In this document: in pieces, positions 38,798-52,027 of the stretch | Layout of the letters: every line of letters begins with the position of its first letter | Position numbering within the stretch: position 1 is the first letter of the stretch | The notes under the pieces: model-generated | Database searches by the model: none | What the model was told of the DNA's origin: nothing | The model's input: the letters and a program-made list of their open reading frames with translations, nothing else | Source of the DNA: the human T2T-CHM13v2.0 reference genome, Homo sapiens | Direction: 5' to 3' (one strand) | Length of the DNA stretch: 64,000 nucleotides | NCBI RefSeq assembly: GCF_009914755.1 | Contig: NC_060930.1 | Program-made: the position numbers and the translations under genes

Positions 38798-39991
38798 TCT
38801 TTTCACCTTATATTCTTTTTCCAGGCTGTTTCACTTATATCCACGACTGTTATTTTAACCTATATGCAGAAGACTCATAAATTTTCTCTTTACTAAAAAC
38901 ATTACTGTCAATTCCAGATGCATATATCCAATTCTCATTTGACATCCCTCCAGGGAGCCTCAAACTCAACGTAATAAAAAATTGAATTCAATATTTACCC
39001 CCTTCTCAAAATCTGATCGTTTTCTCACAACACCAACACAATGAATGGTACCAACTTCCATTCCCTTGTTCAAGCCTGAGTTCTAAGGGCCATACTTTGA
39101 CATCTCCATTCCATGGTGTATATGTACCACATTTTCTTTATCCAGCCTATCATTGATGGGTGTTTGGGTTGATTCCACGTCTTTGCTGTTGAATAGTGCT
39201 GCAATGAACATACATGTGCATGTATTTTTATAATAGAATGATTTATATTCCTTTGGGTATATACCCAATAATGAGATTGCTGAGTCAAATGGTATTTCTG
39301 TCTAGGTCTTTGAGGAACTGCCACACTGTCTTCCCCAATGGTTGAACTAATTTACATTCTCACCAACAGTGTAAAAGCACTCTTATTTCTCCACAGCCTT
39401 GCCAGCATCTGTTGTTTCTTGACTTTTTAATAATCACTGTTCTGACTAGCGTGAGATGGTATCTCACTGTGGTTTTGATTTGCATTCCTCTAATGATTAG
39501 TGATGTTGAGCTTTTTTTCATATGTTTGTTGGCCACATAAATGTCTTCTTTTGAGAAGTGTCTGTTCATGTCCTTTGCCGTTTTTTAATGGGTTTGTTTG
39601 ATTTTCTTCTTGTGAATTTGTTTAAGTTCCTTATAGATTCTGGATATTAGACCTTTATCAGATGGATAGATTGCAAAGATTTTCTCCCATTCAGTAGGGT
39701 GTCTGTTCATTCTGATGATGTCTCTTTTGCTATGCAGAAGCTCTTTAGTTTAATTAGATCCCATTTGTCAATTTTTGCTTTTGTTGTAATTGCTTTTGAT
39801 GTTTCCGTCATGAAATCTTTGCCTGTGCCTATGTCCTGAATGGTATTGCCTAGACTTTCTTCTGGGATTTTTATAGTTTGGGGTTTTACATTTATGTCTT
39901 TGATCCATCTTGAGTTAATTTTTGTATGAGATGTAAGGAAGGGGTCCAGTTTCAATTTTCTGCATATGGCTGGCCAGTTCTCCCAGCATCA

Positions 39992-40312
39992 TTTTTTGTT
40001 TGCTTGAAAAATACAGTATTTATTGTAATGACTAGAGTAGCAAGAAGAAAAAAAAACTAAGTGGAACTACATGTTTAGCAACAAAGCTGAATAATTATGA
40101 ATATAAAAAATTGCTATTTGGAGAAAATATATTATGTTCATTGCTTAGAACAATGAATGATACTTATATATGTAGGAAATATAGAAAAGTAAAATAGGTT
40201 AAGGTAATAAGGATATAGGCAATTACATTTTTATTTTAAATTTTATATAGACATTTATTTTTCCTTACAAACTGGGGTAGTTAGGAAATCCAATAATAGC
40301 TACTTCGCTTTT
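39992..40312 (-). pseudogene. Non-L1 insert within L1; probable retrocopied mRNA 3' end
   Basis: Interrupts contiguous L1 sequence (ccagcatcattt|atttaaataggggatcc). The minus strand shows AATAAA about 20 nt before a short degenerate A-tract. Confidence 0.55.
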
Positions 40313-41781
40313 ATTTAAATAGGGGATCCTTTCCCTATTGCTTGTTTTTGTCAGGTATGTTGAAGATCAGATGATTGTAGATGTGCAGTCTTATTTCTGA
40401 GTTCCCTATTCTGTTCCATTTGTCTATGTGTTTGCTTTTTTATCAGTACCATGATGTTTTGGTTACTGTAGCCTTGTAGTATAGTTTGAAGTCCAGTAGT
40501 GTGATGCCTCCAGCTTTTGTCTTGTCCATATGAGATCTTTTTTGGTTCCATATGAATTTTTAAATAGTTTCTTCTAATTCCATGAAGAATGTAAATGGTA
40601 GTTTAATGGGAATAGCATTGAATCTATAAATTATGTTGGGCAGTATGGCCATTTTCTTAATGTTAATTCTTCCTATTTATGGGCATAGAATGTTTTTCCG
40701 TTTGTTTGTGTCCCCTCTGATTTCCTTGAATAGTGGTTTGTGGTTCTCCTTGAAGAGGTCTTTCACTTCCCTTGTTGGCTGTATTCCTAGGAATTTTATT
40801 CTCTTTGTAACAATTGAGAATGGGTGTTCATTCATGATTTGGCCCCTGCTTGCCTGTTGTTGGTGTATAGGAATGCTTGTGACTTTTGCACATTGATTTT
40901 GTATCCTGAGACTTTGCTGAAGTTGCTTATCAGCTTAATAAGCTTTTGGGCTGAGATGAAGGGGTTTTCTAGATATAGAATTATGTCATCTGCAAACAAA
41001 GACAATTTGACTTCCTCTCTTCCTATTTGAATGCTCTTTATTTCTTTATCTTGATGGATTGCCCTGGCCAGAACTTCCAATACTATGTTGAATAGGAGTG
41101 GTGAGAGAGGGCATCCTTGTCTTATACCAGTTTTCAAGGGGAATGCTTCTAACTTTTCCACTTTCAGTATGATATTGGCTTTGGGTTTGTCAAAAATGGC
41201 TCTTAGTATTTTGAGGTGTGTTCCTTCAATACCTAGTTTACTGAAAGTTTTTAACATAAAGGGATGTTGAATTTTATCAAAGGCCTTTCTGCATCTATTG
41301 AGATAATCCTGTGGTTTTTGTCTTTAGATCTGTTTATGTGATGAATTATGTTTATTGATTTGTGTATGTTGAACTAGCCTTGCATCCCAGGGATGAAGCC
41401 AACTTGATCATGGTGGATAAGCTTTTTGATGTGTTGTTGTATCTGGTTTTCCAGTATTTTATTGAGAACATTTGCATCAATGTTCATCAGGGAAGAAAGG
41501 GTATCAGCTCTTCTTGTACTTCTGGTAGAATTCAGCTATAAATCCATCTTTTCCTGGGCTTTTTTTGGTTGGTAGACTATTTATTACTGCCTCAATTTCA
41601 GAACTTGTTATTTGTCTGTTCAGGGATTCAACTTGTTCTTGGTTGAGTCTTGGGAGGGTTTATGTGTCCAGGAATTTATCCATTTTGTCTAGATTTTCTA
41701 GTTTATTTGCAGAGCTGTTTATAGTATTCTCTGATGGTTGGTTGTATTTCTGTAGGGTCAGTGGTGATATCCCCTTTTTCA

Positions 41782-42148
<367 letters not shown>

Positions 42149-42164
42149 TAATTTATAATAAGAA

Positions 42165-42420
42165 CTTTATTAAGATAAGTTTATGTAATATAAAATTGAC
42201 CCTTCTAAAGTATATAATTCAGTGCTTTATAGAATAGTCACAAAATTTTGTAATCATCACTAGTATCTAATTTTAGATTATTTTCATCATCCCCAAAGAA
42301 TCCTCCTACCCATTAATAGTCACTCTCCATTCTCTCAGCTCCCCTCAGCCCTGGACATCTACTTTTTGTCTCTATGTATTTGCCTACTCAGTACATTTCT
42401 TATAAATGAAATGATACAAT
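42165..42420 (-). mobile_element. L1MB-like 3' end
   Basis: aaagtatataattcagtg...tatctaattttaga..attttcatcatccccaaaga...gtctctatgtatttgcct. Confidence 0.8.
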
Positions 42421-42945
42421 TCCATTGCTTTTTGTATAAAGGCAAAACTCCTTAACTTTGGCTCTAAAACTGTACAAAGCCTGGCCCCTAATTCTGCTCA
42501 GGTCTTATCTCAAATTATGCTCTTCCGTAGTGTCTGGATTCCCTTCATATTGGGCTTCTTTCCTCATTCCCCACTTTCCAGGCTTCCTCTGAGTAACAGC
42601 TTTTGCACATGTTGTTTCCTCTCTCCCTCTCTTATCATCTAGTAAACTCTGCCTCATTGTTCAACCAAAGCTCAAGTGTCCTGTTTTCAGAATAGCCTCC
42701 CCTAACTCCTCTGAGTATCTCCAATCTTCCAAGTACAGGGTCTGATAGCACCGATTACTTCTACTGTCCAGCACTGCCAGAGTTGTAATATCCATTTGCT
42801 TTTTGAATTATTCAAGCAATGTTTTTTTTCTCTGGTCCAGGCTCCATGAGATCAGGGACCACGTCACTTTTGTACACCATTGTAGCCCTAGAGTCTCACA
42901 TATGGTAGTAGAAGCTGATTAATGTTTACTTAACAAATCAAATAA
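42420..42945 (+). mobile_element. L2a 3' part
   Basis: ttttgcacatgttgtttcctct...gctccatgagatcagggacc...cattgtagccctagag. Confidence 0.75.
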
Positions 42946-43247
42946 GTTTGGAATAAAAAGATTTACAGAAAATAGGTGCTGAAGTTGAGCTGATTTTAGA
43001 AAGAAGATGAAAATACAACAAGCACAGTATTTAGTAGTGGGAGGATGCAGCAAATGTTAATGGGGTTAATATTTCTGGCATCCTGGGATATACTGTTGCT
43101 TATCTTTCTGCACCTTCTTGCCTCTCCTTCCTCATCTATAAAATGAGGATTACATTTGCCTTTTTATGTCCCAGACTAATTAAAAGACTCAAATTAGTAA
43201 TGTATTTGAATAAGGTTTTCAAACAAGTTATTAGAAAGTGTTCTATT

Positions 43248-43544
43248 GGCCAGGCATATTGGCTCATGCCTGTAATCCCAGCACTTTGGGAGGCTGAGGC
43301 AGATGGATCACAAGGTCAGGAGTTTGAGACCATCGTGGCCAACACAGTGAAACCCTGTCTCTACTAAAAATACAAAAATTAGCCAGGCATTGTGGTGCAT
43401 GCCTGTAGTCCCAGGTACTCGGGAAGCTGAGGCAGGAGGATTGGTTGAAACTGGAAGGCGGAGGCTGCAGTGAGCTGAGATCACTCCACTGTTTGCCATT
43501 GCACTCCAGCCTGGGTGAAAGAACAAAACTCTATCTCAAAAAAA

Positions 43545-43570
<26 letters not shown>
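43248..43570 (+). mobile_element. AluS (Sg-like) with A/GAAAA tail
   Basis: Full Alu. 15-bp TSD agaaa(g/a)tgttctatt. Confidence 0.95.
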
Positions 43571-43576
<6 letters not shown>

Positions 43577-45119
43577 TGTTCTATTAAATCACCAAGAAAT
43601 GTATATTAAATAATCTGGTTATAGTGTATAAAACCAGATTATGTGAAAAAATTGGAAGAATGACAAAAATCTCCTCATTCTTGTCTGTAATATACATATT
43701 TGTTAGTTATGAAGATTAAATCTGTTTTTATGATTGAATGTGAAAGACACTTTGCAGTTTTATCAAAAAGAGGAGGAGTGATTTGATGTAAGGTAAGAAA
43801 GATGACATCTGTGACAACAGGGTTAGGTAGTAGCCAAAACCATGAAAGCTGGCAGAACTCCTTGAGAACATAGATACGATTGAATCACGAAGATGTTCAA
43901 GGTGAGTTTGCTGAGTAGGAGTGATGTAAAGTTTGTTTAGGAAGAAAAACGCAAGAGATGTCTATGGAAATGGGTGTTGCATTTGAAAATAACCATATTT
44001 TAGTTTCGTATAGTTGATTAAATAAATTATACCACTTTAATTCAAGTATTTCTCTGAGTTCTGTGTATTCACTCATCAGTGGGTCATGTAGGATATTATG
44101 TGGAGACCAATCTCCTTAACACTAGAGAGAAGGAAGATCGGCTTTAACACTAAATACAGTGCCTGTATATAAGTGTGTTACATACATTTATGTGTGATTT
44201 CTATAGGCTTAGCATGTGATTTGGTTATTATATATGCCGAGGAGAAAAAGATCATTTATGAATGCTTAAATTCCTAATATTACAAAATTTTAGGAGAGAT
44301 AGGGCTTTAGCCATCATTGTGTTACAATCCATGGAAGGTATGGCTTTTTATGGACTCACAGCTGGTTAGAGGCAGAAGCAGACCTAGAGCACAGGTATGG
44401 TATTTCCAATCATTGTTTTTTACTACTCACACTCTTCATTCCTAAATGAAGGAGATTTTCAGCAAAGAGAAGAAAAATGGTGGAATTGCAGCAAGTAAAT
44501 ATTCTTGGTGGACGAGGAAGATAAGTTATCTTATTGTTCCATTCCATTTGCAGCTATCTCCATTTTTAGCTGTACCACCAGAGTTTGACTTGTTTACATT
44601 CTCACCTGCAGACCACTGTAAAGGGGCCCATAATCTAGTTCCAGCAACATTACCCTTTCAATTTAGGGCTACCATGAGTCAGTTGAGAATGTTAACCAGG
44701 AAAGATTTGGGATAAAGGGTTGGACAATATATAAGAGTCTTTGGCAACCTTGTTCTTCTTTAATTCCAGTAAATGTCAACATGTATTAGCTAAAGAACCA
44801 AACAAAATATTAAGAGTGTACTGATCTAATGGTAACTGAGGAATAGATTATACTGTTCAAGGACAGTCAATATACCAGGTTTTAAATATTTGATCTGCTG
44901 TTGAACCATGTCAGGAGGAACTTTTAAAAAAAATCAAGCATCAAGACACTATACAGTTTCTCTATTATTTTGATGTTTACTTATATATGATTTAGTGCCA
45001 AGTGTCTTTCCTATACATTTAATGCCTGCAGTAGATGTGCTTTATACATATGTTTATTCTGGAATGAGGACTGTAAGAATCTAGTCTTTGTGAAGGGATG
45101 GGACTGAAGATACATCCAT

Positions 45120-45250
45120 GTTTGAGGTGATGAATATCCCAGTTACCCTGATTTGATCATTACCTCTTGTATACATATAAAAATCACATATTCCCCCCAA
45201 ATATGTGCAACTATGATATGTCTACCCAAAAGGTTCTGTCAAAAAAAAGA
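45120..45250 (+). mobile_element. L1MA-like 3' end
   Basis: tttgaggtgatgaatatcccagttaccctgatttgatcattac...aaatcacatattcccccaaatatgt. Confidence 0.8.
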
Positions 45251-48200
45251 AATAGAGTTTAAAAAATAAGTTTGGAAAAAATTTTGACTTTATGAAAATC
45301 CGTTGATAGCTGCAGAATGAGGGAAGCATTCAGAAGAGGATAATGGAAGAGAAGTGGTATTGCAGGAGTACACCTAAGATATGAAGGACAGAGATGATGG
45401 TAGTGTCAAATTATCTTGGTGTTTAGATTCCCATGGGCTATATTTTAAAAAGTAATATAATTTTTTTTTTGAATTTTAAATGTCAATATTTATATTGCAC
45501 CAGAAATTGTATCTTTGGTAACCATTTAAACTTAATATAGAAAAAAAATCAGAAGTCAATCGAGTGTTTGAAGATGTACAAAATTGTTCAGAATTATTCG
45601 GAGTCATAAGGCAAATAAGCATGAAGAGCAGTTTAAATAGTTAACCTTTAATTTTTTTTTCCAGTTTTGAAATCCTGTGATTCAAGACACCTGTGTTAGC
45701 ATTTATTTAAAAATACACAAAGAAATTCTTAGGAGTTGGGAAATTTGTCTTTGTTTTCTTCTTTGAACTCATATTTCCATACTTCTCTTGTAAACTTTTA
45801 CCCTAATGCAATATACTTTTGTATTTCTGAAAGTATTTTATTGGTCACCTATCATATATCTCTGCAACAAAAATATATGTAGAAATTAAAATTTAGTTAT
45901 TTTTAGTTTTCTGACAATAAGGTTCTAAGTTTCTTCCATATTTAGTTTTATGAAAATTATTAGTAGTACATAATTGATCAAAACAACATAATATAAATTT
46001 TGATAAATACTTATTAAAGGTAAAAAGTAAACCATACTGAAAATGAATCCCTTAATAAAAAGAATAGCCTATTCCTGGATAAATATTAATTATTATCAGG
46101 TTGAGGTGAGATTCAACATCAATTATATTCATATTTTTATATTTTATATATATGTAAGCATTGAGAAAGCTTGTTATCATAAATAAGTAGATAGAAATAG
46201 AAGGAGTTTTAGTAGAGCAATGTCATTCAATTCTTTGAACTCCTTCCAAGTTATGTGCCAAAAATCCTTCTAGTAATATATCATCAAAAATATTTTTAAT
46301 TATCTGTCAGCTGACAATTCAATTAAGTTCTCTTCCATTTGGATCCTGATTTGTGAAATGATTTGTCACCCTGTTATTAGGGTTATTTTCTTGCTCAATT
46401 TATAGAAAGTATATTAAAAAGGCTTTGTTGAGATGTATCCAATAACTTTTATTAATTTTGGTACACATCTACTAACAAATGCAATAGTTTTGATTAAATG
46501 CTTTCTTTTCATGCACTTTAGATACACTATTGTCAAAATCTCAGGACTACAGGATTAATTTATGGAAAATATTTATCATTTGCCTATTTGGCAAAGCCCA
46601 TCATCATTTCAAACCAATCAGCCAAATAGATTTACTGTCTGTCAGAAAAATTCTGACTTCATTTCTTAATTCAAATACAGGTATTAATATGCATCTTCAT
46701 GAAACCCTCTCACATGAGAGTTCTAAGAGAGAGAGTCATGACATAGAGACCTGATAAGACTTTATTGGTAGGATGAAATAAAGCAATTTTGGAGTTGTGT
46801 AAAAGATAAGCATCTTGGGTGAAAATGTCTTAGGATGCGTAAAACAAAAGTAAAGAGATATTAGTCCTAGTCGAGGATACCTCTAGATTTCCTAGAGGCT
46901 GGGCTCCCAAGGCTGACAAAAAAGAGATAGGCACATCATAAAATCAGATACTCTTGAAGGGAGATTAGGTCTTAGAAATAAGCATGTGACAATCTGAGAG
47001 TAAAATCACTAATTATTTTAAGGAAAAAAATAAAGGAAAGAGAAACAAAGAAATCAATGACACTTTACAGGAAATGTGATTAATTCAGGTTTTAAAGGAC
47101 TCAAAAGTTGGAATGAGGAGGGCCTTGTTACATGCATTGAAAAAGTGGCAGAAGTCTGGAAGAACATCAAAACAGATGAAAGTGAGCAGAGAATTGTGAA
47201 AAAGACTGCTACAGAGGCACAAGATGAACACGTTTCACTAGATGCTTCATCTCTTGGATGAAAGATACAACTCAATTTGACCTTTTTTCTTCCATGTTCA
47301 AAAGCAGGAAAGTTACTTTTCCAGCCGAAAAAGTAGAATTGAAGTCTAAAATATGCTAATCTCTTTTACATGAAATCATCTTAATTTTAATTAAATTATC
47401 CTATAGTTTACTGAAAGGATTTACAAACACAATTGCAGAATTTCCATCAGTAATATTTAAGAAATAATAGTTAATATGAATGGTACCACACTAAGAGACT
47501 GACAATTTTCTAAAAAATGTATCATGTCCAAAAAATTGGGTGTTGATATACTTGATGACAATATTAGAAACTTTTTAGAACTAAAAACTATAATAGTTGA
47601 CTTATGACCTCTTAAAAATGCTTCTTATCTCTCTCTTTTTCTCTCTCTTAGATCAGCCAGAATCTCCGGGTATAAAACACAGGGAACCAGATATCAGCTC
47701 AAGGAAGGACGAGTTTTCTTAAAATTTACAGTGGCCCAAATTTGGACCATCAGTAATAACTGCATGTTCTCAGTGTATGTAGTGGACTGAGGCCAAAGCA
47801 GAACCACCACCACAGCCTGAAGAGTCCTTTAAGAAATTCTCTTATTGGGCGGGGTTGGGATTAAGTGATCTCAAATTTCTGTTTTAATCCTGAGTTCCTA
47901 AAATTCTACACATCTGTCTTGGGTGAATGGAATAGACCAGCTTACAAAACACAGATCCATTTCACTGTCTTCTAGGTTTCACCCATTATTGGTATGAGAT
48001 GGGATGAGGTCTAGAGGAGTATGGAAGCTCATGTGAGCATCCTTACTGAGGGGAGAGGACTTGCTGTCTGCACACCCTGGGCTGTGTGGTTCTCAGAATG
48101 AGCCACCTGGAAGGTCGATCCAAGTACATGAAGATTGGATTTTCTGGTGTCCAGAGTAACCTCTTCACTTTGGGTCTCTGGCAGGCCCCTATTCCCTTTA

Positions 48201-48599
48201 TGGATTTGGAGGCCAGGACACTTTCGGAAGTGCCTGAATCATTGACAAAATCTGTCCTTTTTTTCTTGTTTTTGCTTGATGCTACTATGTCTGTCCCTGA
48301 CTTCTGCTGAAAAGCTAGTTATGCATTTCATTGATCATTCCTTGTGTGGATACCTGTATTGGCTTTATTAACAATGTGTTTATGGCCTTCAGTTTCTTCC
48401 TTATGGGAAAGAGGGACTCCAACTTCTCTCAACATTTAAATATATGGACGTTCTGCTGTATTCTCTCTCTCCTTCATGGTGAAAAAAAGGGGTGCTGAAG
48501 GGTTTGTAGGAATTCATTAGTTTTCCAGAATAAAAATTGTTTGAAAATTGCAGGCCGTGGTAGAAGCAGGTATGGAGTTCCTTACAAGATAATTCTAAG

Positions 48600-48601
<2 letters not shown>

Positions 48602-48636
<35 letters not shown>
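48602..48636. repeat. (TG)n microsatellite
   Basis: Read directly from the sequence. Confidence 0.95.
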
Positions 48637-48637
<1 letters not shown>

Positions 48638-49972
48638 ATGTGCATGTTGAGATGAGTGGTTTCAGGCATCCATTGAAGTTACATTTTTGTGTGTGCTACA
48701 GACGTCACAGAGCAATCTCTTAGCTTCCTTTATTTACAAGCCAGGAACTTCAGCTGTTTTATTAAAGACTGGATGTGAACGCTGAGGTGCTTTGCCAACA
48801 AAGACATCAAAGGGACACAAGTGCACTTTTCCCATATGTTTTAGTTAGTTTTTCCCTGCATGTCTGATATCAGTCAGAGAGAGTGCTAGAATATAATACC
48901 TCACACCTTGAAGATTAAACACCTTCTCAGCTGGTATTTCTGTTTTGACTTCATTTGCTGCCACCTTATATCATAAGCACCCTGCACCATGTCATAGACA
49001 CTGTTGGTTCTGTCTATGCAATGAGATTGTGTTTTTCAAAAGCGTTTTTTTCTGCAAGTAAGTAAACTCTGCCTGGTCTTTGATGTGAGCTTAGTCACTG
49101 AATGAATAGCTTTGTTGGACAATGAGATAAGATTATAATAGAGTCTATAATAATGATGCCAATCACAGATGGCAGGAAGGCTGTTATTCTTAGACTGTTG
49201 TATTTGTAAATCATGCTAGATTTCCCATGACAATCTAAAAATGCCACCTTGTTAGTGATTGAGGTTTATATTTTAAGTTCCCAAGAAAAATATTCCAGAA
49301 AGAACTTCCTACTCTTCTTTACTGTGTAATAAATAAGTTCCAGGAAGGACTCACATCATTGCAGGAATTACCCAGGGGGCATTTTTACTTCTTCACCTGA
49401 CCCTGTAACAGGCAGGCAGTTGTCACATTCACTTATATGTAAAATGATTCTTACTTGTATTGAAGGTTATATATTTATTTTCTGTAGTTTTATTTTTACC
49501 TAAATTGGAAGCACATATTCTGTTATGGGCCAGGGAGTTGGAGTATGGAAGCTCAGGGGTTAGGGCACAGGCTTATTAGGAAGAAGCAGCAAGTCTAGGG
49601 ACCAATTAGAGGTGAGGCATCAGAACTTACACTTGGAGGTAGGTATTAAAAGGAAAAAAAAGAAAAGACAGTGTTTCTAAACATTCTTAACTTCTTGGAT
49701 TTGGTATCTTCTTAAGGGCAAAACACTAAGGCATAGAAAAATCAGAATTCATGTTTCGTTTGTGTTATACCTTCAGAAAAGTTTTATGTTTTTATCTCAG
49801 AAAGTGGCTTCTCAAATTTTGGTTTTAAAATTTTCTGTTTACTTCCAGGTCCCTTCTCTATACATCCCTGTGACTAAAAAGCAGAATATGTGCCACTGTG
49901 TAGCTAGAATAGCAAAGGAACTGTGGAATGTTCCTCTGTAAAGAAATGACCTTTTTCAACCATGTTCCTATA

Positions 49973-50335
49973 GACGATGGTCTGAGTGCAGTGTCCTATC
50001 CAGATTCAGTGTTAAAATCCTAACCTTCAAAGTGATAGAAGTAGGTGGTGGGGCCTTTGGGAGGGATTAGGTCACAGGGGCAAAGCCCTCATGATTGGGA
50101 TTAGTGCCTTTATAATAGAGGCCCGAGAGAGAACTCACTACCCTTCCATTATATGAACACACAGTGAGAAGGCACTGTCTATAAACCACAAAGCAGGCTC
50201 TCATTAGACATAGAATCTGCTGGTGCCTTGATCTTATACTTCCCAGCTTCCAGAGCTATGAGAAATAAAGTTCTGTTGTTTATAAGCTATTCAGCTTATA
50301 GTATTTTGTTACAGCAGCATGAACAGACTAACACA
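49973..50335 (+). mobile_element. MLT1A0-type solo LTR
   Basis: ggtggggcctttgggagggattaggtca...gccctcatgattgggattagtgcc...tattttgttacagcagcatgaacagactaacaca. Confidence 0.88.
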
Positions 50336-51264
50336 CTATGTAATAGCTGACTATGAGAATGAGAATCTAAAAGCTAGGAATGGTAGCTTTATAAACACCA
50401 CTTAAATGAGTACTAGCATTTAAAAGGAAATTTTAATGAGGTGGTAAAGAAACAATCATCGAATTTAGACTTAGAAAGAACATCAGATTATTTTGCTCAA
50501 TCATTGCAGTTTAAAGATAAACAAAATGAACATCAGAGAAATTGCAAATTGTGTCACAAGTTTTGTTGAACAAGTAAAATCCTGGTCTCTTGAATGTCAT
50601 TGCTGGACTTTCTTGAGTATACTTGATATCTCCTGTAATGTAACTGTTCGTACCCAAATCTACCTATTTTGTAATAGATATAAGATTTTTTTCAAACCAA
50701 AAAATGTCTTTAATCACAAATTGTCAGTCGTAATGAGGTAGCAACTAAAATCTAATACATGACTATTTTTCTCTATCAAAAAAAGTTCTGAAAGATTAAA
50801 CTCATATAAAAGAATAGCATATTATAAGATGATTTATTTTGTATTGTAATTTTTAATTGTAAAAACGTTCACAGCTATTCTCATGTATTTTTCATTAAAA
50901 AAACTTGCAAAGTAAGTGGCTATTAGCTGTGTTTTACAGATAAGAATCCTGAAGGTCAAAATTTAAAAGATACATTTAAGATAATAGGACTAAGTGTCAT
51001 GCCCAGGTCTTGGTCTTCTGACTCAAAATCCTGTGTTCCTTTCACTGCCTCGTAGTTTGCTCTTTAATGGATAATTGACCACCCTTCTTTACTTCATTGG
51101 TTATCTATTAAATTGCATTTCATTTCAGGAAATAATAATGAGAATCATAAAACCAAACAAATTGTAGTAGGGAATTTCTAAAATAATACTGCAACCGAGG
51201 AAACACATCTAGAAAGACTAATACGGGGAAGTGTACTCTTCTGGCAACTAGGAGGGACAGAGGC

Positions 51265-51790
51265 GTTGACATGCTGGAGTCAGCTCACACAGGCTCGCAA
51301 GAACTGACAAAGTTTCAGCAATTTTGCTGTTAAACTTAAATTATATAAACAATTGAACATTATGTTAAAAACAAAGGTAATAAATACTCAAGGCTTGTCC
51401 TTTCATACTACATTTTACGCTTATCTATGCTATTGGTGTTATTTACATCTATTGTGTCTGTATGTATTATATGTATGTCTTATAATGGTGTGCTGCTCTT
51501 CTCAGTGTGGTGTGGGTAGTTTGAAATGGATCATGATGGAAATATTAATACTATAAAAGTCATGAATGCTATAAATTATTGTTTTCTTCATTATCTAGAC
51601 TTTAAAATTATGGACAAAATATTAACAATATGGATTAATCTTAAAATTGTATTGTGTTTGTAGCTGTTACATTGGAAGTAGCATATAAATGTAAGAAAAT
51701 ATTCTTCTAGTATTTGAAAACTCATATAATTTAGCAAAGTAGTTGTACACATCATCGAAAGCTGAGTGACAATGAGCAGTGACAATGAGT
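51265..51790. mobile_element. MER63-like hAT element
   Basis: tgctggagtcagctcacacaggctcgcaagaactgac...gttaaacttaaattatataaac...aaaacaaaggtaataaatactcaa. Confidence 0.7.
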
Positions 51791-51897
51791 GGTGAACCCA
51801 AAATAACAAAGCAGACTGACTATTGATACATGGGATAATAGTCAATGGTTATAGTTCATAGAGAAAAGGTTAAATGATTATTTAAAAGGGAATAGGG

Positions 51898-52027
51898 GGC
51901 TGGGCACAGTGGCTCATGCCTGTAATCTCAGCACTTTGGGAGGCCAAGGTGGGCGGATCATTTCAGCTCAGGAGTTTGAGACCAGCCTGAGCAATATGGC
52001 AAGGCCCTATCTCTTTAAAATAAAATA
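51898..52027 (+). mobile_element. Free left Alu monomer (FLAM_C-like)
   Basis: Single Alu arm plus A-rich tail. Approximate TSD aaaagggga(a)ta(a)gg. Confidence 0.85.

Noticed and set aside
40832-41257. 141-aa reverse-transcriptase ORF as a novel RT system
   Set aside because: It is an ordinary frameshifted L1 ORF2 fragment.
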